A stretch of DNA of 39,172 nt from a virus (Duplodnaviria; Caudoviricetes). Both the position numbers and the translations under genes were made by a program. Under the pieces are notes generated by a model, which saw only the letters and a program-made list of their open reading frames with translations, made no database searches and was not told the DNA's origin. Positions 34,041 to 39,172 of the stretch are shown piece by piece. The stretch's first letter is position 1; each line of letters starts with the position of its first letter. Where the stretch lies: positions 1-39,172 of the IMG/VR virus record IMGVR_UViG_3300006103_000528, one strand, 5' to 3'.

Positions 34041-35663
34041 ATGAATAAAAATTTAACTGCAACACAAAACGACTATGCTGTATTCTTACCAGCAACTAGT
34101 GGCTTTTATTCTACGTTTGTAGGTAAACAACGCTACAGCAACTATGTTGATCCGGCTCGCGTTCCTACAAGTTTTAAAAACGGTGTTGAAAGTCTTAATT
34201 ACCTAGATCCAGACAAAGGTGCATTTTACTATGATCATTGTTTGTATTCAGCAGGACATGCTAATTTAGATCTTAATAAGCCGGACGAAAGCGAGGACAT
34301 GTTCCGTAATCGCAATCGTGCTACTAGTTGGGTATTAGGTGACTCAGGTGGATTCCAGATTGGTAAAGGTGTTTGGCCCGCTGATTGGAAAGATCCTAAC
34401 TGTCCAAAAGCAATGAAGAAGCGCCAACAGGTACTAACCTGGATGGATACGCTAATGGATTATGGCATGGGTCTTGATATTCCTGCTTGGGTTGCTCGTA
34501 GTCCTGCAGGTGTTGCGGCCACTGGTATTAGTTCATATGCAGAAGCTGTACAAGGAACTTATATCAATAATGATTACTTTGTTAATAATCGTAATGGCAA
34601 TTGTAAATTCTTAAATGTTCTTCAAGGCGAAACTCATACTGATGCTGAAGATTGGTATCAACGCATGAAAAAATATTGCGATCCAAAGCAATATGGAGAT
34701 AGGCATTTTAATGGTTGGGGTATGGGCGGACAGAATATGTGTGATATACACTTGACATTAAAACGTCTAGTGGCACTAAGATTTGATGGACTTCTTGAAA
34801 AAGGTCAGCAAGATTGGATGCACTTCTTGGGAACTTCTAAATTAGAGTGGGCAGTTCTTTTAACCGATATTCAACGTGCTGTTAGGAAATACCATAATGA
34901 AAACTTTACCATCTCTTTTGATTGCGCAAGTCCGTTCCTTGCAACTGCAAACGGACAAATATACACTAACACAGAAACAGACAATCGGACAAAATGGGTC
35001 TACCGTATGCAGGCTTCTGCAGACGATAAAAAATATGCCACAGACACACGACTCTTCCAAGACGCAGTAATACAAGATAATATATTTTCTAAGTTTACAA
35101 CTAGTCCAATCATGGACGGTGTTCAAATAAAAGATATTTGTATATACGGTGCAGGTACTCCTAATCCAAATGTTACACCTGGCACAATTTTAGATCCATA
35201 TAATCCTGCACATTGGATTATAATGCCTGATCAAAATAAAATTGGTAAAGTTGGACGTACTAGCTGGGATAGTTTTACCTATGCGATTATGATGGGCCAT
35301 AACGTGTGGATGCACGTTAATAGTGTGCAAGAAGCTAATCGTCAATACGATCTAGGCAACTGTCCTAATATGCTAGTACAAGAAAAGTTTGACAGACTAT
35401 ATTTTAAAGATGTTGTAGAAGCAATATTTGCTACTAGTGATCGCGGAACAGCAGATGCAGTTGTTGAAGAATACAGCAGATTCTGGATGAGCATTATTGG
35501 TACTCGAGGTGCTACTGGTAAGAAAACATTAAACTCACATACAATGTTTAATAATCTATTTGAAGAAGTTAATCCAACTGATGAAACTGTGTCAATGGAA
35601 GACGGCGAGTTTACAGATGATCAAATTAGCAAGTTAGAAGAATTAGAGGATCAATTAAAATGA
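34041..35663 (+). CDS. dpdA: TGT-superfamily transglycosylase, probably a DNA 7-deazaguanine inserter (DpdA-like)
   Basis: LGDSGGFQ catalytic motif, MGLDIP, NVLQG, GWGMGG, MHFLG, SFDCASP, C-terminal HN; phage replication context. Confidence 0.75.
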   Translation: MNKNLTATQNDYAVFLPATSGFYSTFVGKQRYSNYVDPARVPTSFKNGVESLNYLDPDKGAFYYDHCLYSAGHANLDLNKPDESEDMFRNRNRATSWVLGDSGGFQIGKGVWPADWKDPNCPKAMKKRQQVLTWMDTLMDYGMGLDIPAWVARSPAGVAATGISSYAEAVQGTYINNDYFVNNRNGNCKFLNVLQGETHTDAEDWYQRMKKYCDPKQYGDRHFNGWGMGGQNMCDIHLTLKRLVALRFDGLLEKGQQDWMHFLGTSKLEWAVLLTDIQRAVRKYHNENFTISFDCASPFLATANGQIYTNTETDNRTKWVYRMQASADDKKYATDTRLFQDAVIQDNIFSKFTTSPIMDGVQIKDICIYGAGTPNPNVTPGTILDPYNPAHWIIMPDQNKIGKVGRTSWDSFTYAIMMGHNVWMHVNSVQEANRQYDLGNCPNMLVQEKFDRLYFKDVVEAIFATSDRGTADAVVEEYSRFWMSIIGTRGATGKKTLNSHTMFNNLFEEVNPTDETVSMEDGEFTDDQISKLEELEDQLK

Positions 35664-36880
35664 AAAGGCGTATTGGCGTACTAGGAGTAGGCAGTGCAGG
35701 TGTGCTGACTTTATCTCATTTGTGTTCAAATCTTAGTAATGAATGGGAAATTGTTTCATTATATGACCCATCAATTCCTATTTTAGGAATTGGTGAAAGT
35801 ACCAATCCTGGATTTGTTGCCTTATTAGAAAAAGGTACACGATTCACTCTGTACGAAGATACCGAATCATTAGATAGTACTCTTAAATTTGGAACAAAGT
35901 ATATTAACTGGCGAAAAAAAGATTGGTTAAATCCCTTACTGCAAGGCGGAGTAGCAGTACATTTTAATAATTTCAAATTGAAAGAATTTGTATTTGAAAG
36001 ATTAAACCTGTGCTGGCCTGAAAAGTTTTCTGTAATTGAAGGTACTGTAACTGATCTAATTAATAATCCCGATAAAGCTATTGTAGAAATAAATGGCACT
36101 ACAGAAGAATTTGATTATGTAGTAGATTGCAGAGGATTTCCAACAGACTATTCTGAAGACTATCATATGAGTACTTGTAGTATTCTAAATAGATGTCTAG
36201 TACATAGTCTTGATAAGTTTGATCCTATTCAATATACTGAACACTTTGCAACTAAAAATGGATGGATGTTTGGCATACCGTTGACCAGTAGAAAAACCTA
36301 CGGCTACTTATTTAATGATACTATTACCACTCTTGAAGATGCAAAAGCTGATATGGCTGAGTTACTGAACGTGACCGTAGATGGATTAGATACTAAAGAG
36401 TACAAATTTAAACCGTATTATACTACCAAGCTAGTTGATAACAGAGTTATCAAGAATGGTAATCGTGCTATCTTCTTTGAACCTATTAGTGCTACATCAA
36501 TTAATCATTATACTAATGTATGTACTATAATTTTTAACTATGTTACAGGTCAATGGGATCAAAATCAAGCCAATGATGAACAAGTTCGATTGGCACAAAC
36601 TTTAGAACGCATTATTAACTATATCTACCACGGTGGTAGTAAATTTGATACAGAATTTTGGCAACAAGCTAGTAAAAATTCAAAAGATAATCTAGCACAA
36701 GATATTGAATTTAGGAAATTAATGGCATATAATCAACGTGCGTATGATATGGGATTACCTGCAAATGGACCGCCCATTTTATTCTCAGGATTTAGTTTAT
36801 CTAGAATGGATGAATTCTTTGGCTATAATTATTTTAAAGGTTCACCGTTTTTGTTTGATGAACTCGACCAAAACGATTGA
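35660..36880 (+). CDS. Flavin-dependent tryptophan-halogenase-like protein
   Basis: GVGSAG FAD motif, GIGEST, TLKFGTKYINW (conserved Lys), VVDCRGF, GWMFGIPL, FFEPISATSI, TEFWQ. Confidence 0.82.
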   Translation: MKRRIGVLGVGSAGVLTLSHLCSNLSNEWEIVSLYDPSIPILGIGESTNPGFVALLEKGTRFTLYEDTESLDSTLKFGTKYINWRKKDWLNPLLQGGVAVHFNNFKLKEFVFERLNLCWPEKFSVIEGTVTDLINNPDKAIVEINGTTEEFDYVVDCRGFPTDYSEDYHMSTCSILNRCLVHSLDKFDPIQYTEHFATKNGWMFGIPLTSRKTYGYLFNDTITTLEDAKADMAELLNVTVDGLDTKEYKFKPYYTTKLVDNRVIKNGNRAIFFEPISATSINHYTNVCTIIFNYVTGQWDQNQANDEQVRLAQTLERIINYIYHGGSKFDTEFWQQASKNSKDNLAQDIEFRKLMAYNQRAYDMGLPANGPPILFSGFSLSRMDEFFGYNYFKGSPFLFDELDQND

Positions 36881-36905
36881 TTTTATTTACAACTATTGTT
36901 ATAAT
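36877..36905 (+). promoter_or_regulatory. Sigma70 promoter with extended -10
   Basis: TTGATT(36877)-17-TATAAT(36900), preceded by TGn. Confidence 0.65.
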
Positions 36906-36911
36906 GCATAT

Positions 36912-37169
36912 ATGACATTGCCCGACGAACGCTTTAGAAGCATACAACGAACAGAACAGTTTCTAACGGATTTGCTTAATCCTCAAAAAACTCCACGTAT
37001 TCCAAAAGAAATACGTGAGCAAGCTCGCTGGTGCTTAAGGCATTATCCTAGTTATCACAATCTAAAAATGTTAGAACGTGCGTCTCCTGATGTTATACAG
37101 GAACGTATGGAAGATGTAACTCGTATGATTAAGTATTGGGAAGAAGGAAAGAACACAAATGAAGCGTGA
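36912..37169 (+). CDS. Small protein, BPSL0761-family-like (85 aa)
   Basis: MTLPDERFRSI..TEQFL...IREQARWCLRHYP; start reassigned to ATG 36912. Confidence 0.65.
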   Translation: MTLPDERFRSIQRTEQFLTDLLNPQKTPRIPKEIREQARWCLRHYPSYHNLKMLERASPDVIQERMEDVTRMIKYWEEGKNTNEA

Positions 37170-37683
37170 TTACACCACTGGTATAAGCGATAAAGTTATA
37201 TTCTTTGTCGGTACTGAAGTTGAACATACTCCTGCATATGGATTAAAAACGCTGTTTGTTACAGGTCTCCAAGAGATTGATCAAATTGCATTTCATGCAG
37301 TAAAAAATGAATGTGGACATATCTTTTTTGGAGCTAACCATAGTTTTAATCCAGTATTCAATGACTACGCCGGATGGAAGAAATGGGAAGAAATGATTGA
37401 ATACTTTCTAGGTGATGGATACCTGTGCAGTTTAGATATCCCGCTATCAGCTGTGGAAGAATTTAATGATGGTGGACTAAACGATCATAGTAACTTTATT
37501 CCACAAATAAGAGTGCCAATTCCTTACATTAAATTGTGGAATTATAATACAATGCTTAAAATAGATGATAAAGATTTTAAGGCAACTAATCCCGGTGTAT
37601 GGTCCCACAGTCTACATACGCTAATGGATCGAACTAAGTTTACAGACTGGTCACAATATAAGAATGATGAAATTATCAAATGA
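37159..37683 (+). CDS. Hypothetical protein in the modification operon
   Basis: 174-aa ORF; FFVGTEVEHTPAYGLKTLFV, HIFFGANHSF, TNPGVW. Confidence 0.75.
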   Translation: MKRDYTTGISDKVIFFVGTEVEHTPAYGLKTLFVTGLQEIDQIAFHAVKNECGHIFFGANHSFNPVFNDYAGWKKWEEMIEYFLGDGYLCSLDIPLSAVEEFNDGGLNDHSNFIPQIRVPIPYIKLWNYNTMLKIDDKDFKATNPGVWSHSLHTLMDRTKFTDWSQYKNDEIIK

Positions 37684-38255
37684 TAAAGGCAAAAGTTAAA
37701 GTATTTAAAATTGCTAATCAATTAATTGGCAAAACGGTACCAGCAAGTGCTGGAGGTCATGCAGGTAGAGCTGTTGAAAACTTGCTTGAATACATGGGTG
37801 TTCCTATTAATCGAGGTCGTGGAGCAGATATACTAGTTTACGGTCTTGAAGTAAAAACTCGAGATGTTGGGGCAACTAGTGCGCAAACTATTGCTGATAT
37901 GCAACCTGAAGATATTATTAACAATGACTATCGTAATTCAAATGTATGGAAGAAATTCCAGCAACAATTAAGAATTAAAATTAAAGATGGTATAATTATT
38001 GAAGCAAGAGTCTACGACTTTTCTGCTCCGCACATTCAATCATTAATAGAGAAAGCATATAACAATGCTAAAACATTAATTACAATGAATGAAAATATTG
38101 GATATACCCCATACGAAGGTTTTTATGGATACTTTGAGCAAGTGCATTTGCCAAAATCTAAGTCCTATTCTTTTAGACTAAGCGATGAAGACATGAAAAC
38201 ATTTGAAAACATGGCTATATCAACTTACAACTCACTCTTTGAAGAAACTGTATGA
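37680..38255 (+). CDS. PD-(D/E)xK restriction-endonuclease-like protein
   Basis: GRAVE...GADILVYGLEVKTR gives the E...D-x6-EVK arrangement; ATGA overlaps at both ends. Confidence 0.6.
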   Translation: MIKAKVKVFKIANQLIGKTVPASAGGHAGRAVENLLEYMGVPINRGRGADILVYGLEVKTRDVGATSAQTIADMQPEDIINNDYRNSNVWKKFQQQLRIKIKDGIIIEARVYDFSAPHIQSLIEKAYNNAKTLITMNENIGYTPYEGFYGYFEQVHLPKSKSYSFRLSDEDMKTFENMAISTYNSLFEETV

Positions 38256-38647
38256 TTATTCGACAAGACATTCGACCAAATAAAATGATCTGGGTTACTT
38301 TCCGTAAGGAAGGCATTCATTGCTACCCAGCCGCCGCAACAGACCCTAACCTAGCAACAGGAGATTATTATGACGTTTCGTTTCTTGGCACTCCTCATCG
38401 CCATATCTTTCACTTTAGGGTATGGCTCGGAGTTACTCATAACGACCGAGATGTGGAATTCATACAGTTCAAGCGATGGCTTGAAAGGTTGTATTCTAGC
38501 GAACAAGGTGTATTGTCGCTAGACTATAAAAGTTGCGAGATGATGAGCGATGATTTATATGCTCAAATCTCACAAAAGTATCCGGATCGTGAGATCTGGA
38601 TTGAGGTCTCCGAAGACGGAGAAAATGGTTCTTTTATTAAGTATTGA
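38252..38647 (+). CDS. T-fold QueD paralogue (DpdL-like)
   Basis: EGIH, LGTPHRHIF (LxxxHRHxF in place of QueD CxxxHGH), VEFIQFK, SCEMM, IEVSEDGEN. Confidence 0.7.
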   Translation: MIIRQDIRPNKMIWVTFRKEGIHCYPAAATDPNLATGDYYDVSFLGTPHRHIFHFRVWLGVTHNDRDVEFIQFKRWLERLYSSEQGVLSLDYKSCEMMSDDLYAQISQKYPDREIWIEVSEDGENGSFIKY

Positions 38648-38667
38648 TATAAACAAGGAAAGCTATT

Positions 38668-38916
38668 ATGGCTAAGAATTACAAAGACTACTCATATTTT
38701 GAAAATCGCCCAGACGTAGTTAAGATCTTTGATGATCTAGAGGCATATCTTGATTTTTGTCGATTGGAAATGTTTCCATTTGATGAAAGTCATTTGTACA
38801 ATCGTGAAAGCTGGGCATGGCGTAACTTTGAAAAGTCACGTAGACCTAAGCGTCCAGATGGCACTCGTGAACGCAAGCCTTATCAAGGCAAGAATCCTAA
38901 ATACGCTTCTGCATAA
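38668..38916 (+). CDS. Hypothetical protein with basic tail
   Basis: RBS AAGGA; 82 aa. Confidence 0.7.
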   Translation: MAKNYKDYSYFENRPDVVKIFDDLEAYLDFCRLEMFPFDESHLYNRESWAWRNFEKSRRPKRPDGTRERKPYQGKNPKYASA

Positions 38917-38918
38917 TA

Positions 38919-39172
38919 ATGAACGTATTCTTAGTTGATTTAGAAGCTGTAGAAACAAGGTACACTGGCGAATGGAAACGCCATGTACCTGCTCTCTTAC
39001 GAAAGGCAGGACACAATGTTCAAATTCTATCTGGGCCTACGGATATTCCTCAAGCCACTACTCCTGGTGCTTTTCTTAATTTTGGTGGCACCAATATATA
39101 CAAGTCTAGTCAAGTTGAACAAATGGGCAGGCTTTTTTGCTCCGGATCAGTACAGCCTGGCGATCACTTCTT
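38919..39172 (+). CDS. 5' part of a probable GT-B glycosyltransferase (runs off the window; absent from the ORF track)
   Basis: MNVFLVDLEAVETRYTGEWKRHVPALLRKAGHNVQILSG...PGAFLNFGGTNIYKSSQ; L...GH.V.I is typical of GT-B N-termini. Confidence 0.55.
   Translation, partial: MNVFLVDLEAVETRYTGEWKRHVPALLRKAGHNVQILSGPTDIPQATTPGAFLNFGGTNIYKSSQVEQMGRLFCSGSVQPGDHF

Noticed and set aside
958-35126. Numerous short antisense and alternate-frame ORFs in the ORF track
   Set aside because: They lie inside well-supported genes, lack RBS or motifs, and mirror the codon bias of the real frame
1-39172. Stop-codon reassignment, as seen in some large phages
   Set aside because: Genes are full length and densely packed in the standard code; TAA, TGA and TAG (19953-19955) all end genes
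1-39172. tRNA, rRNA, CRISPR arrays, IS elements, integrase
   Set aside because: Intergenic gaps are short and none showed a cloverleaf, repeat-spacer array or transposase motif by eye

Overview
This is a fragment of a large, AT-rich dsDNA myovirus-type (jumbo/T4-distant) phage genome using the standard genetic code. Almost all genes are on the + strand; only phoH is on -. Spanins with a lipobox and sigma70-consensus promoters point to a Gram-negative host. In order: tail/baseplate genes with an embedded pirin (1-7.3 kb); a stand-alone DnaE fragment, GroES, clamp loader and PhoH (7.5-11.5 kb); a lysis cassette with a GH19 endolysin, two spanins and a holin-like protein bearing a nucleoporin-like FG-repeat tail (13-15.7 kb); DnaJ, peptide deformylase and ClpA (15.7-19.9 kb); a ~9 kb run of late genes with a shared N-terminal 'MxLxELxE' tag and many [LIVM]-x-E sites, read here as prohead-protease-processed cargo polyproteins (20-29 kb); family B DNA polymerase, a truncated UDP-glucose dehydrogenase and a likely sliding clamp (29-33.7 kb); and a DNA-modification operon (34-39.2 kb). 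That operon holds a DpdA/TGT-like transglycosylase, a translationally coupled flavin-dependent halogenase-like gene, a PD-(D/E)xK nuclease, a QueD-paralogue (DpdL-like) and a glycosyltransferase. The best candidates for new biology are the 7-deazaguanine/halogenase/glycosyltransferase/nuclease operon, the packaged modular polyproteins and the FG-repeat holin. All family calls come from motif recognition by eye; no searches were run.
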